DNA of 64,000 nucleotides from Flavobacteriales bacterium (GCA_964230215.1 CAXRGQ010000007.1:789531-853530); one strand, 5' to 3'. Positions 35,652-45,792 are shown, counted from the first letter of the stretch. The notes: a model not told the origin generated them from the sequence alone. Numbers and translations: made by a program.

Positions 35652-35883
35652 GCAATATAACAGTAGTCAGACGGTAGTAAGTCTAGACGGTTGCCAATTT
35701 ATGACGCAAAAATTACATTTTTTTTAAGAAATCATAAAAATTTCTAAATGGTCATTATTGTTATCCTAACATTTAAAGGTGTTTTGACCCCAATCAAATA
35801 ATGATTGGACCGCTAATGTAATTAAGTATAGTATTAGCGTAATTTGATGCATGTTTCCCCTATTTTTGAGAAAAAACTATCCT

Positions 35884-38586
35884 ATGAAAATCAAAAACCA
35901 AATTGTAGTTCCTTTGATTCTTTCTTCACTTTTAGTAACATCTTGTGCAGAGGAAAAATCATCTGAAGACTCAAGCGATAAAAAAGATACAGAGACTATG
36001 AAAATAGAATACCCAACACCTATCCTGGATAGAGAGTTGTTTTTTGGTAATCCAGAGATTTCATCTGGTCAATTAAGTCCGGATGGTAAATACATATCCT
36101 TCTTAAAGGAATATGACGGTATCATGAACATCTGGGTGAAAGCATTTGACGAACCGTTTGAAAACGCATATCCACTTACTAATAGCGCAAGACCTTTGGC
36201 AGGTTATTCTTGGACTGTTGATGGGAAATATATCCTATTTGTGAAGGATAACGATGGCGACGAAAATATGAACGTTTTTGCCGTGGATCCTTCGCAGAAA
36301 GTTGAAGGTGGAGTGCCAGAGTCAAGAAACCTAACACCAATGAAGGATGTGACTGTAAATATCTCACATGTTAGTCAGAATAACCCTGATATGTTAATGG
36401 TGTCGATTAATGATAGAGACAAGGCGTGGCATGATTTATACAAACTAACAATTTCGACTGGTAAGTTGGAGAAAATGTATGAAAATACAGACCGCATCAC
36501 GAGCTACGGTTTTGATTGGGACGACAACTTACGTTTGTTGTACAAGACGGATGAGCAGGGTAACACTATCATGTATCACATTCAAAACGATGAGTTAACA
36601 CCTATCTATGAAACCAATGTGAATGAGCAGGCCTCAGCAGTTAATTGGAACGAGGATAATTCCAAGTTTTACCTGATGACAAATAAGGGTGATTTGGATT
36701 TGTTGACATTATACTTGATGGACCCCATTACAAAGAAAATGGAGTTAATTGAAAGTGACCCGGAAGGTAAAGTAGACATGAGCGCACTTGTTTTAGACCG
36801 CAATACAAGAAAGATGGTCTTAACGGCTTACACTGACGATAAAACAAGATATTATTGGAAAGACGAGAAAAGAAAAGCTATTTACGAGCATCTTGTAAAA
36901 GAATTTCCAGGTCGTGAAATTGGGTTTTCCAGCTCTACAGCTGATTACAGCAAATTCTTAGTAAGCGTTTCTGGCGATAAATATGCGTCTGAATCATGGT
37001 TCTATGATGTTGAAACTAAAGAGCTAATTCATCAATATACACCACGACCAGACCTTAAAAAGGTTGAAGAGCACTTGGCAGAGATGAAGCCTGTGAGATA
37101 TAAGAGTAGTGATGGTTTAGAGATTCCGGCATACCTTACTTTGCCTATTGGGGTTGACGCTAAGAACCTTCCAACGGTAATCCTTGTGCATGGTGGACCT
37201 AAAGGACCTAGAGATTATTGGGGATATAATGCATTTGTACAGTTCCTGGCTAATCGTGGGTATGCTGTGCTACAGCCAAACTTTAGAGCGAGTGGTGGTT
37301 ACGGTAAAAAATTCATGAATGCTGGAGATTTACAATGGGGTAAATTAATGCAGGACGATATCACTTGGGGTGTTAAATATCTGATTGAAGAAGGTATTGC
37401 GAATGAAGATAAGGTTGCAATCATGGGAGGAAGTTATGGTGGATATGCTACGCTCGCTGGACTTGCATTTACCCCAGATGTTTATGCTTGTGGTGTTGAC
37501 ATAGTTGGCCCATCAAACATCTTTACTTTATTAGAAAGTGTTCCGGCATATTGGGAAGCAGGAAGAGCATTTTTGTACGGAATGGTAGGTGATCCAAACA
37601 CCGAAGAAGGGAAAAAGCGCATCAAGGAAGCGAGTCCATTGTTTAGTGCAGATAAGATTACTAAACCGCTATTGGTGGTTCAGGGAGCTAACGACCCACG
37701 AGTTAAAAAAGCAGAAGCAGATCAGATTGTAGTTGCTTTGAGAGAGAAAGGACATGAAGTGTCTTATTTATTAGCAGAAGACGAAGGTCATGGTTTTAGA
37801 AAGCCGATTAATAATATGGCTATGTTTGCTGAGATTGAAAGGTTCCTTGCTCCAATTCTAGGTGGAAGGTATCAAGAAGACATGCCAGAAGATGTAGCGA
37901 AAAGACTTGAAGAGATAACAGTTGACGTTAATACGGTTGAATATTCAGAGAAAGGAGATGTAGAATTCAGCTCTGAATTACCGGAAGTAAACGGAAGTTT
38001 AAAGGCTGCTAAGGAAGAGTTGACTATGGATATTTCAGTTCAAGGACAGAACATCTCAATGACAACCAACAGAACTATTTCTCAAGAAGGTGATGGCTGG
38101 AAAGTACAAGACAAGACATCAGGGCCAATGGGAGAGATGATGGATGAAGTTAATTACAATAGCACGTATCGTCCAGTGTCAAGAAAAATGATTCAAGGCG
38201 GACAAGAAATCACGGTTGAGTATTCTGCAGATAAAGTATCCATTACTATGGGTGATAAAGTAACGGATATCGATATTGAAGGCGTATTACTTGATATGGC
38301 ACCTGGTTTTGAGAACGTAGTAGCACTAATGGATATTCCGGCAGAAGGCATAGTGGCAACGGCTATCGACTTTAATAAGATGAAAGCTAAAACTATTCAG
38401 CTAACGGCGGAAGGAGAAGAGTCATTGGATGGTGTTGATTGTAAAAAGCTCTTAATTGTTGACTACAATAATGAAGCAGACAAGTCTGAGATTTGGGTTA
38501 ACAAAGAAAACAATGAAGTGGTGAAAACACAACAAGTAATTCCTGCAATGAATAACGCGGTTATGACTATTACTAAGGCTGAGTAG
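35884..38586 (+). CDS. S9-family serine peptidase (prolyl oligopeptidase/dipeptidyl-peptidase type) lipoprotein
   Basis: The ATG at 35884 gives [21 protein letters not shown] (lipobox). Beta-propeller region, then the catalytic GGSYGGY nucleophile elbow, a GANDPRV Asp context and an EDEGHGF His context. An extra C-terminal domain of ~230 aa follows. Confidence 0.85.
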   Translation: MKIKNQIVVPLILSSLLVTSCAEEKSSEDSSDKKDTETMKIEYPTPILDRELFFGNPEISSGQLSPDGKYISFLKEYDGIMNIWVKAFDEPFENAYPLTNSARPLAGYSWTVDGKYILFVKDNDGDENMNVFAVDPSQKVEGGVPESRNLTPMKDVTVNISHVSQNNPDMLMVSINDRDKAWHDLYKLTISTGKLEKMYENTDRITSYGFDWDDNLRLLYKTDEQGNTIMYHIQNDELTPIYETNVNEQASAVNWNEDNSKFYLMTNKGDLDLLTLYLMDPITKKMELIESDPEGKVDMSALVLDRNTRKMVLTAYTDDKTRYYWKDEKRKAIYEHLVKEFPGREIGFSSSTADYSKFLVSVSGDKYASESWFYDVETKELIHQYTPRPDLKKVEEHLAEMKPVRYKSSDGLEIPAYLTLPIGVDAKNLPTVILVHGGPKGPRDYWGYNAFVQFLANRGYAVLQPNFRASGGYGKKFMNAGDLQWGKLMQDDITWGVKYLIEEGIANEDKVAIMGGSYGGYATLAGLAFTPDVYACGVDIVGPSNIFTLLESVPAYWEAGRAFLYGMVGDPNTEEGKKRIKEASPLFSADKITKPLLVVQGANDPRVKKAEADQIVVALREKGHEVSYLLAEDEGHGFRKPINNMAMFAEIERFLAPILGGRYQEDMPEDVAKRLEEITVDVNTVEYSEKGDVEFSSELPEVNGSLKAAKEELTMDISVQGQNISMTTNRTISQEGDGWKVQDKTSGPMGEMMDEVNYNSTYRPVSRKMIQGGQEITVEYSADKVSITMGDKVTDIDIEGVLLDMAPGFENVVALMDIPAEGIVATAIDFNKMKAKTIQLTAEGEESLDGVDCKKLLIVDYNNEADKSEIWVNKENNEVVKTQQVIPAMNNAVMTITKAE

Positions 38587-38617
38587 TTAAACAGCCAAAT
38601 GACATATGATGTTTAGA

Positions 38618-38646
38618 AAGGGGTTGGCTTGCTAGCCCCTTTTTTG
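38618..38646 (+). terminator. Probable rho-independent terminator
   Basis: aaggggttggc...gctagcccctt imperfect hairpin followed by T6. Confidence 0.6.
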
Positions 38647-38837
38647 GTGGTTTTGTGTTGGTTATTACCACGAGTTGATTAACTACGTTTAAATTTCGTT
38701 GATTGAAAAAAACTCTCGGGAGTGTTTTGAGTTGAGTTCTAACAACTTTAATCAAGCCAAGCTACCTTTCGCTATTTGTATTAAGCCATTCGGAAGTAAT
38801 TTCATCGCGACGACGAGATTTGTTTATATTTATATAC

Positions 38838-40421
38838 ATGAAGTCTTTATTTCTGTTGTTTTTATTTTACCTCTTTATGTCACCGTCATGGGGGCAAAAA
38901 TTCATTAGAATTGACCACCCAAGCTGTAATGTAATTGCTAGTTCATCTGACAAGTTAGAAGGTGTGGGAACATTTGTTGTTGGAAGGGCTACTGGATGTT
39001 ACCCAACAGGTCAAGAGACATTTTTTAACAATTACATTGCGCTTATTGATTCCAATGGCTTGATACAATGGCAAAAAAGTATTGACCTGCACTCTGTAGG
39101 ATTTTTATCAAAACCATGCGAGCGATCTGTTGATGTCATATGGACCAAGGATTCTTGTGCATTGGTTGCAATGAATTCGACTGTCCAAGCAGACTTTGGT
39201 ATTGGTGTTTGGGCGTATGATGCAGTTTTAATATCTAAATGGGACAGGTGGGGCAACAATATATGGGCAAATAAATATTCTTTCGGAAAGACGTTTTACG
39301 AACATATAGATATTCAAGAGGTTAATGATTCATTGTACCATATTCCATTAAATCATACAGATTCTATAGCTACTTATTTAGAATTTAATAGTCATGGTCT
39401 GGTAACGGACACATTTGCACTGCGCTTTAGCGACACATCCTATTTTCAATATGACAACTTTTCATCCCTATCTCATCTGTCAGGTGAGCGACTATTTTGT
39501 GGGGAGATTGGAGCTAATCGCGACTTGGTTTTGTGTAAAACATCTGGCAACATCATTGATTGGAGTAGACGAATTGAGTTTAGTGAAAATCATTATCCTT
39601 TGTCAATTGTCCAGAGTAATAGCAAAAGCAGCATATATGTCCTTGGAGGAACTGTGGGTAGTAATTTCACTTATAGTGTTACAAAACTAAACGCATCAGG
39701 TAATGTCATGTGGTCTTCTGGCTTGGGATCTGGGCATCATTGTGCAAAGATTATCCTTTACAATGAATATGTTATTATTCCAGAATGTGTTAATTATATA
39801 CACTTATTGGACACGTTGGATGGAACCAACTTAAGCACTATAAGTATCTTTTATGATAAGCACGACCCAGACCCAATCGAAAGCATAAACAATTTCAAGA
39901 TTGCGAATAAAAAAATGCATTTAACGGGCATGCTTATTACACCTAGTACCGACCAAACAAGTGTAAATGGCTTTATTATGGAAAGTAATGATTCATTAAT
40001 GTTTTGTCGTGACTCAATTTCACAGAGTTATACCGTACCCCTGTCTTACACCTATCATACAATAAACCCCATCATGGAATCAATTCCATTGCAGGTACAT
40101 CCGTACTCCTTTACTATTGACACTCTGCAAGAGCTATTCACGATTGATCAATGTTCCATTCATCTGGATGTATCAGACAAGAAGGCTAATAAATTGAGGG
40201 TATATCCAAATCCTACTCATGACCATTTGAACATAAATGTGGGAATTGGTAAGCAAGGGCTGCTGCAGGTGTATAATGTATCTGGGCAGCTTGTTTTTTA
40301 TTCAAATGTTTTAGAAAATATAACATTGAATACCTCAGAATGGAAAAGTGGGCTATACACTATTGTGTTGCATGATGAAGGTGGTTCTGTATTGCATGAA
40401 AGGTTTATAAAGCTTGATTAG
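38838..40421 (+). CDS. T9SS type-A cargo, function unknown
   Basis: The ATG at 38838 gives MKSLFLLFLFYLFMSPSWGQ. C-terminal LRVYPNPTHDHLNINV...GLYTIVLHD...FIKLD. Confidence 0.7.
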   Translation: MKSLFLLFLFYLFMSPSWGQKFIRIDHPSCNVIASSSDKLEGVGTFVVGRATGCYPTGQETFFNNYIALIDSNGLIQWQKSIDLHSVGFLSKPCERSVDVIWTKDSCALVAMNSTVQADFGIGVWAYDAVLISKWDRWGNNIWANKYSFGKTFYEHIDIQEVNDSLYHIPLNHTDSIATYLEFNSHGLVTDTFALRFSDTSYFQYDNFSSLSHLSGERLFCGEIGANRDLVLCKTSGNIIDWSRRIEFSENHYPLSIVQSNSKSSIYVLGGTVGSNFTYSVTKLNASGNVMWSSGLGSGHHCAKIILYNEYVIIPECVNYIHLLDTLDGTNLSTISIFYDKHDPDPIESINNFKIANKKMHLTGMLITPSTDQTSVNGFIMESNDSLMFCRDSISQSYTVPLSYTYHTINPIMESIPLQVHPYSFTIDTLQELFTIDQCSIHLDVSDKKANKLRVYPNPTHDHLNINVGIGKQGLLQVYNVSGQLVFYSNVLENITLNTSEWKSGLYTIVLHDEGGSVLHERFIKLD

Positions 40422-40438
40422 TTGAGGACTAGTTATCT

Positions 40439-41719
40439 CTATCGCATGTTGTCAATATTCTTCTGAATATCACGCATTATTAATTCAACAGTCTTCTTGT
40501 TTAAATCATACTCTTTAATCCTTTTTGGGAAGGTCAATACATGCTCAATTACATTGTCTATTATTTCATTAAAATTTATAATACCAACCTTCTTAGCAAC
40601 CGACTTAAGGTCGTCTCGTGTGATATCTTTTACTTTTTGATTAATGGATATCTGATGCGGAACGGCAAAGCTTTGGTAGGGGTCAAAAGGAAATGTCAAA
40701 TCATAGGCCGGAGACAAAGACCATTTACCATTACCATCCATTAAGAAAGAAAAATTCTTGGTATGATCGTCTCTATTTGAAGCCGCTACATTGAATACCA
40801 TTTGCATATATAGCTGCTCTTTGTCATTATGCGGAAGGTTGAGGTATTCTATAATTTTAAAGATGTTTTCGTAGGCAAATTCCGTGTTCTTTCCGAAAAA
40901 CCCTGCTAGAGCACTTACCGTTTGTTGGTGAATTTTTTTGTTTTCTACCCTATCAAATCGTTTGCTTGCAAAATGAGCTCTTCCTCCCTCCAATATTAAT
41001 CGCGAGTCTGCAACGTTTATCCCGATATCTCTGGCAATTTCATTGTAAACATATTCAACTAAGTTCTTCTCTTTATACCAAATGTCTTTAGGGTCATGTT
41101 CTAACTTTACTACGTAGTAGTCAACTGGGATATGGTGGATGACATCTCCAGCTAAAAGCTTTTCGTTTTCTTTTTTTGACTCTCTGGTTATGGCGACCAG
41201 AATTTTGGCTTGTGCTCCACCGACAGAAGAACCAATGTTTAGAATATTTTTCAGAGCTTCTGGGTTATGCATATAGTCTTCCTGTGCATACTTTCTTTTT
41301 ATAATCTTGTCTGATATTTGAGATAGTTCGCCTAAATCAAGATTGTGTGTAATGTTTGGAATTTCTTTATCCTCATGATACTCTAGCGCACCTATGCCTC
41401 TTTTCCCAACATAGAGCAACCTTTCTACAGGGTTCATCTTGGACTGATCCATATCCATCTGCTCTAACCATTCTTTGAACACAATATTTCCGAATGAATC
41501 TGGAAGAGAATCGTTAAATGTTGGAATCATCCCGGCGAACTTCTCATTAAAGTCATTTCCAAAAAGAAGATCTTTTTTATTGGGGTGTATTATTGGAGCA
41601 ATATTAATGGGCGAATCAAGATATTCTGCTGCAGGTTCAAATATCGCTGTGTTTTGTTGATCATCCCAGGCAATGTAACCAACAACTGTGTCCCATATGG
41701 TTATTTTGGCCGAACTCAT
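40439..41719 (-). CDS. hipA: HipA-family serine/threonine kinase toxin (type II TA)
   Basis: 426 aa. N-terminal HipA coupling region and a C-terminal kinase core with the SNRDDHTKNFSF catalytic loop. The ATG overlaps the hipB stop (ATGA). Confidence 0.85.
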   Translation of the reverse strand: MSSAKITIWDTVVGYIAWDDQQNTAIFEPAAEYLDSPINIAPIIHPNKKDLLFGNDFNEKFAGMIPTFNDSLPDSFGNIVFKEWLEQMDMDQSKMNPVERLLYVGKRGIGALEYHEDKEIPNITHNLDLGELSQISDKIIKRKYAQEDYMHNPEALKNILNIGSSVGGAQAKILVAITRESKKENEKLLAGDVIHHIPVDYYVVKLEHDPKDIWYKEKNLVEYVYNEIARDIGINVADSRLILEGGRAHFASKRFDRVENKKIHQQTVSALAGFFGKNTEFAYENIFKIIEYLNLPHNDKEQLYMQMVFNVAASNRDDHTKNFSFLMDGNGKWSLSPAYDLTFPFDPYQSFAVPHQISINQKVKDITRDDLKSVAKKVGIINFNEIIDNVIEHVLTFPKRIKEYDLNKKTVELIMRDIQKNIDNMR

Positions 41720-41991
41720 TTATGCTCCCTTTCATATTTTTCTTTTGGAGAGATAGACGAGCTAGAAAGAATCTCTAATAGCTTTTCAGACTTGTTGAAT
41801 TCCTTTAAAAGCTTTACAAATATTAATAAGCTAGTTCCTCTTCCTGCTTCTATATCACTGATGTGTTTCCTGCTTACACCAATTCTATCGGCTAGATGTG
41901 CCTGGCTATATTTTTTGTGCTTTCTGAGAGTTCGTAGTTTTTCTCCTATTTCCTCCAGTACCTCACCGTCAAGTTTTTCTAATAAATACAT
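41716..41991 (-). CDS. hipB: HipB-like XRE-family HTH antitoxin
   Basis: The ATG at 41991 (MYLLEKLDGEV...) is preferred to 42021. HTH: YSQAHLADRIGVSRKHISDIEAG. Confidence 0.8.
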   Translation of the reverse strand: MYLLEKLDGEVLEEIGEKLRTLRKHKKYSQAHLADRIGVSRKHISDIEAGRGTSLLIFVKLLKEFNKSEKLLEILSSSSISPKEKYEREHK

Positions 41992-41993
41992 GA

Positions 41994-42118
41994 TGTAACT
42001 ATATGATAGCAAATATACCATTTAGTACGAAAAGTGGTAACGAATAGTTACATAGAAATGTTAATTAGATGTAACTAAAAAGTTACAAAATCAATATAAT
42101 AGGGTATAAATGTAACTA
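41994..42118. promoter_or_regulatory. Putative hipBA operator array (TGTAACTA repeats / GTAAC-N5-6-GTTAC palindromes)
   Basis: TGTAACTA at 41994, 42070 and 42111. The exact inverted copy TAGTTACA at 42045. AGTTACA at 42081. Palindromes at 42037-42051 and 42070-42087. Confidence 0.6.
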
Positions 42119-42200
42119 AATAATATCAATAAAAATAAGTTCGTGATCTGTGATAGCCGTGAGATTGTAATTCATGCTAACGTGGTAGTAATTCAATAGT

Positions 42201-42240
42201 GCTAATAATCGCTCATGCTTTAAGATTAGTCTAGCGTGGG
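42201..42240. repeat. Intergenic ~40-nt repeat, copy A
   Basis: gctaataatcgctcatgctttaagattagtctagcgtggg. 35/40 identical to copy B. Confidence 0.8.
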
Positions 42241-42329
42241 CCGTTGCTAGCTTGGAAAAACCCGTTAGAATACACTATAATTATGCACAGAAAAGGGCTA
42301 AACATTAAAATTTACGCCTTGTAAATCTG

Positions 42330-43127
42330 TTAAGCATCAATGACTTTATTACCCCCATTTACGATTTTTATTTTATATCCAATCGAAATGCCTACTTGAA
42401 AAAACGAATGAGACTTTTCGTATGGATATAGAAATGACCACATTGACCTATAAAAAGATTTTTGCATATAGAGCTTGAGTCTAAGTCTAGATTTAAAATG
42501 TGGCTCTATGCCATAATTAAATATTACACCAGAAACTCTCTCGTAAATCTCGTTATCGTCATTTACGACAAACTCACCTTCCGAATTAAATTCCGATGAG
42601 TTTTCCCCTCTTAAAAACCTTACTCCCATACCCAAACCGAATGTATGATTTACAGATTTGGTAACTAGCTCTCGTATAAGCAATAACTCTGGAGAATAAA
42701 TAAGTAAGCGCGTCCTGGCATACCCATTAGTGTAATTGGTGTCTGGAGCAATTAGGTTTGGCCTTTGTGATATCCAATTCATTCGTGACAACGCAAACCC
42801 CAATGAAATAAACGTCTGCTTGCTAATAGACCGTTCAAATGTGATTTTTGTTCCTCCACCAAATCCATTTAGTTTGTAGCTATAGTCGTCTCGGAATTTT
42901 TCATGAATTAAGTGTGTGGATGACACCCCATAAAAATCAAGTGAAATGGTGCTTCTTGGAGACTCTTTCAATGAAATTTGACCCTTAATACAATGAATGT
43001 TTGAGAAGATAATGAGCATGATGCAAGTTATTCTCCAATAGCTATCATGAATTTCTATCTTGTGGGTATTAAACCGATTGCTAACGCTCATCTGAATAAA
43101 TGTACCACAATATACATTATATATCAA
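42330..43127 (-). CDS. Hypothetical protein (possible outer-membrane beta-barrel)
   Basis: 265-aa ORF with an uncertain start (alternative Met at 43091). Alternating aromatic/Gly-rich segments. Confidence 0.35.
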   Translation of the reverse strand: MIYNVYCGTFIQMSVSNRFNTHKIEIHDSYWRITCIMLIIFSNIHCIKGQISLKESPRSTISLDFYGVSSTHLIHEKFRDDYSYKLNGFGGGTKITFERSISKQTFISLGFALSRMNWISQRPNLIAPDTNYTNGYARTRLLIYSPELLLIRELVTKSVNHTFGLGMGVRFLRGENSSEFNSEGEFVVNDDNEIYERVSGVIFNYGIEPHFKSRLRLKLYMQKSFYRSMWSFLYPYEKSHSFFQVGISIGYKIKIVNGGNKVIDA

Positions 43128-43150
43128 ATAGTTAGCATGTCGAGAACATG

Positions 43151-43190
43151 GCTAATAAGCGCTCATGCTACAAGATTAGGCTAGCGGGGG
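43151..43190. repeat. Intergenic ~40-nt repeat, copy B
   Basis: gctaataagcgctcatgctacaagattaggctagcggggg. Confidence 0.8.
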
Positions 43191-43199
43191 TGTAGCAAA

Positions 43200-43583
43200 T
43201 TATATATTGAAATCAGTATCAACTATCCAAAGTGTAGATATAATTGATATAAAGATTAATATGAATGCGATTGCTCCATAAAAATAGTATTTTCTTCTTA
43301 CTGCTATACCTTTCTCAAATGTTGAGGTTAAATCTTCTCGAAATTCGGAATTATTGAACACAGAGAGAAAAATAGCATATAGAAGCAGTGCAACCCATGG
43401 AAAAACAATAATAATTGACTGATAGCTATCAAAGGGACAAGTAAAATATATTATGTTCAAGGGCAGTATTGCTAAACAAACTACGAAGATTGAAAAGAAG
43501 GCTAATCCTTGAGTCATCATTGTTATTGAATTCTGCCATGGAATTAGTGTGTTTACAAGTAAAATACCCTTCAAATACTTCAT
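43200..43583 (-). CDS. Hypothetical polytopic membrane protein
   Basis: 127 aa with about four hydrophobic helices. Confidence 0.4.
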   Translation of the reverse strand: MKYLKGILLVNTLIPWQNSITMMTQGLAFFSIFVVCLAILPLNIIYFTCPFDSYQSIIIVFPWVALLLYAIFLSVFNNSEFREDLTSTFEKGIAVRRKYYFYGAIAFILIFISIISTLWIVDTDFNI

Positions 43584-43631
43584 TTATTCCTTGCTCACAT
43601 TTATCCGTTGATAATGAGGGGCCAGCTTGGC

Positions 43632-45368
43632 CTATCTTGTAATAATTAGGCTTCCTGATTGAGCCTTATCATTGCCCACGATCCTATATAGATAGAGTCC
43701 ATTATTTAAGTTTTCTAATTGGATTCGTTTGATTTTGTTATTTCCAATATCAGAACGCAAAACCTCCTTCCCAAGCGAGTTATAAAGCACAAATTTAGCA
43801 CTTCCAAATCTCTGTAAATTTTCTACTGTAAGAAAATTGGACGCAGGATTAGGGTAGACCTTGACTAAGCCTTTCTCTATCGATTCCGTTGAGCTTATTG
43901 CTGCATTTGCTATAACTTGAACTGTATCTTCATCACCACATGCACCAACTATTAGTGTCACATTATAGACCCCCTGGGTGCCATATACATGACTTACTAA
44001 GGTATCTGGAGTATACCCCCATCTGTCTTCATTATTGTAGGTAGTGTCTATAGTGCCATCTCCCCAATTCCAGATGGCATAATCATAATATTGACTATTA
44101 TTATCAATTACTACTTCAAAGTTATCCCCAGTGGAGGATATAGCGTCTGCTATTGGGGGGGATGAGAAGCCCATACAGTTTGTTTTAATTAGGTAGGTGT
44201 CTTGGTTATCAAATTGTGTGGCGGTTCCCGGTGGAGCGCTGTAAAATCCAGTCAATAAATAGCCTTCATCGTTTCCGTGTACCAAGTTAGTGGACATGTG
44301 AGAACCATCACCTACCTCTAACGATCTTTCCCATATTAACTCTCCAGCACTGCTTAGTTTGGCAAAGTGGTTTTCATATAGCTGCCATGAAATAAGAATA
44401 TTAGAATCTGAATCTTCAATCATCCAGCCAGAACTAATATAGGCTGCCAATGGATATAACAATGTAGACCAGACGACATTATTGTTATAAGTTAACTTCT
44501 TAACCCGTGTTCTTCTGTCAGGAACGGTGGACTGCACAGGGTATATAACTTCATCGTAGCATATAATAATATTGCCATCAGCGGTATTAAGAATCCCTCC
44601 TCCTTTCCCTATGTAATTTGGCGAGCCTTCAAGTCTAATCCATTCAATGTTAAAGGTTTCATCCATTTTAACAATTACGTTTCGACGGTATGTACTATAT
44701 CCCGTTGCATCAGCCGTAATAGCTAAACCGTGATCGTCGGTAAAAACAAAAGCTCCAAAATATTCGTGTTCATTTTGAACTCCCCATATTTCTCTAAAAA
44801 TTTCATTAGCGTTGAGATCGAAAATTGACAGGAAAGCATCAATCTCCACTGCACCTCCCATACTATCCCAGACGTATGTTGTGCCTGTAACAAATAAACT
44901 ATCATTTCTTACATCAGAGTATCCGTAGAATAAAGTGGTATCGCTATCAGAATTAATTATTTTGGTCCAGTTTGTATCTAATGTTACTGGATCTATAGAA
45001 GCGATTATTAAGCTGATGCCATTACTTGAATTATAATCAGCATAATTACCAAGGGCAATATATTCGCCAGAAGAAGTTTCATGTATCTTATATATTTCAA
45101 CGCTTTTGTCAATCCATCCAAAATAGCTCTTTTGAATAACATTGCCGTCCTTATCAACGCGAGCTATTGAACCATACCTCTCATTTGAGAAGAAGTATTC
45201 AAAAGCTCCACATAAAATATACCCGCCAGTATCTAGGGCAAAGGACCCCATACACAAATCAGCTGTGGTGGAATCAGGATGGTTATCAAATCGATTTTCA
45301 AAATATATATTTTGGCCGCTTGAAATCAAGGTTGCAGCTGTAATAACTATGGTTAGAATTAATCTCAC
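43632..45368 (-). CDS. T9SS type-A cargo with PKD domain, function unknown
   Basis: 578 aa with a GTG start. PKD unit (WNWGDGTIDTTYNN...HVYGTQGVYNVTLIV). C-terminal VKVYPNPASNFLTVEN...GLYLYRIV...LIITR. Confidence 0.7.
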   Translation of the reverse strand: MRLILTIVITAATLISSGQNIYFENRFDNHPDSTTADLCMGSFALDTGGYILCGAFEYFFSNERYGSIARVDKDGNVIQKSYFGWIDKSVEIYKIHETSSGEYIALGNYADYNSSNGISLIIASIDPVTLDTNWTKIINSDSDTTLFYGYSDVRNDSLFVTGTTYVWDSMGGAVEIDAFLSIFDLNANEIFREIWGVQNEHEYFGAFVFTDDHGLAITADATGYSTYRRNVIVKMDETFNIEWIRLEGSPNYIGKGGGILNTADGNIIICYDEVIYPVQSTVPDRRTRVKKLTYNNNVVWSTLLYPLAAYISSGWMIEDSDSNILISWQLYENHFAKLSSAGELIWERSLEVGDGSHMSTNLVHGNDEGYLLTGFYSAPPGTATQFDNQDTYLIKTNCMGFSSPPIADAISSTGDNFEVVIDNNSQYYDYAIWNWGDGTIDTTYNNEDRWGYTPDTLVSHVYGTQGVYNVTLIVGACGDEDTVQVIANAAISSTESIEKGLVKVYPNPASNFLTVENLQRFGSAKFVLYNSLGKEVLRSDIGNNKIKRIQLENLNNGLYLYRIVGNDKAQSGSLIITR

Positions 45369-45586
45369 ACCTTCAATTTAGTAAATAATAAGAAACTGTT
45401 GATTGTCAGTTATTAAAAGGTTGGTTTGATTGAGTGAATATAAATAGTAAAATATTAAATTCTCTATTGGATACACGACATCTCCTTAAATCGTCGCCAT
45501 GGGATTACATACCGCCCATGCTATATTAGATTCAACGGCAAAGATGTTAGTCATTATCAGGCTTGAACCGTGCAAATAATTTGCAA

Positions 45587-45627
45587 ATAAAAAAGGCTTC
45601 CAAACTAATTAAAGTCTGAAAGCCTTG
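45587..45627 (-). terminator. Probable terminator downstream of tRNA(CAT)
   Basis: On the minus strand: aaggctttc...ggaagcctt hairpin followed by T6. Confidence 0.55.
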
Positions 45628-45637
45628 TGTTTACTTG

Positions 45638-45711
45638 TGGGCCCACCTGGGCTCGAACCAGGGACCCCTTGATTATGAGTCAAGTGCTCTAACCAGCTGA
45701 GCTATAGGCCC
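45638..45711 (-). tRNA. tRNA with CAT anticodon (elongator Met or lysidine-modified Ile2)
   Basis: Manual cloverleaf: GGGCCTA / D arm GCTC-GAGC / CTTGA-CTCATAA-TCAAG / CCTGG-TTCGAGC-CCAGG / TGGGCCC-A. It is not initiator-like. The C4:G69 and C5:G68 pairs and an Ile-like acceptor stem favour Ile2. Confidence 0.9.
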
Positions 45712-45742
45712 GGATTATTAAGATATAATCCTAAAAGGATTG

Positions 45743-45750
45743 CAAATGTA
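45743..45750 (-). promoter_or_regulatory. -7 promoter element TACATTTG upstream of tRNA(CAT)
   Basis: Exact TAnnTTTG on the minus strand, about 32 nt upstream of the tRNA 5' end. Confidence 0.5.
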
Positions 45751-45792
45751 TCTTTTGAAGCGTTATTTTGCAAGTTTATTTTAAACTTTAGT

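Noticed and set aside
38699-38908. 69-aa plus-strand ORF upstream of and overlapping the 38838 gene
   Set aside because: It is out of frame with, and overlaps the signal-peptide region of, the T9SS cargo gene. It has no features and is probably promoter/leader DNA.
41585-41998. 137-aa plus-strand ORF, plus 40541-40744 and 41475-41660
   Set aside because: They are antisense to hipA/hipB, which have clear family motifs and ATGA coupling.
44155-44161. G7 (C7 on the coding strand) tract inside the 43632-45368 T9SS cargo gene as a second phase-variation site
   Set aside because: It is shorter than tracts usually found to slip at appreciable rates and lies mid-gene (SSPPIAD). It is noted, but the evidence is much weaker than for the C9 tract at 34947.
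40439-45711. Calling the tRNA-adjacent block a mobile element or genomic island feature
   Set aside because: I found no integrase, transposase, phage gene or att direct repeat of the tRNA 3' end. It is kept only as a low-confidence finding, not as a mobile_element feature.
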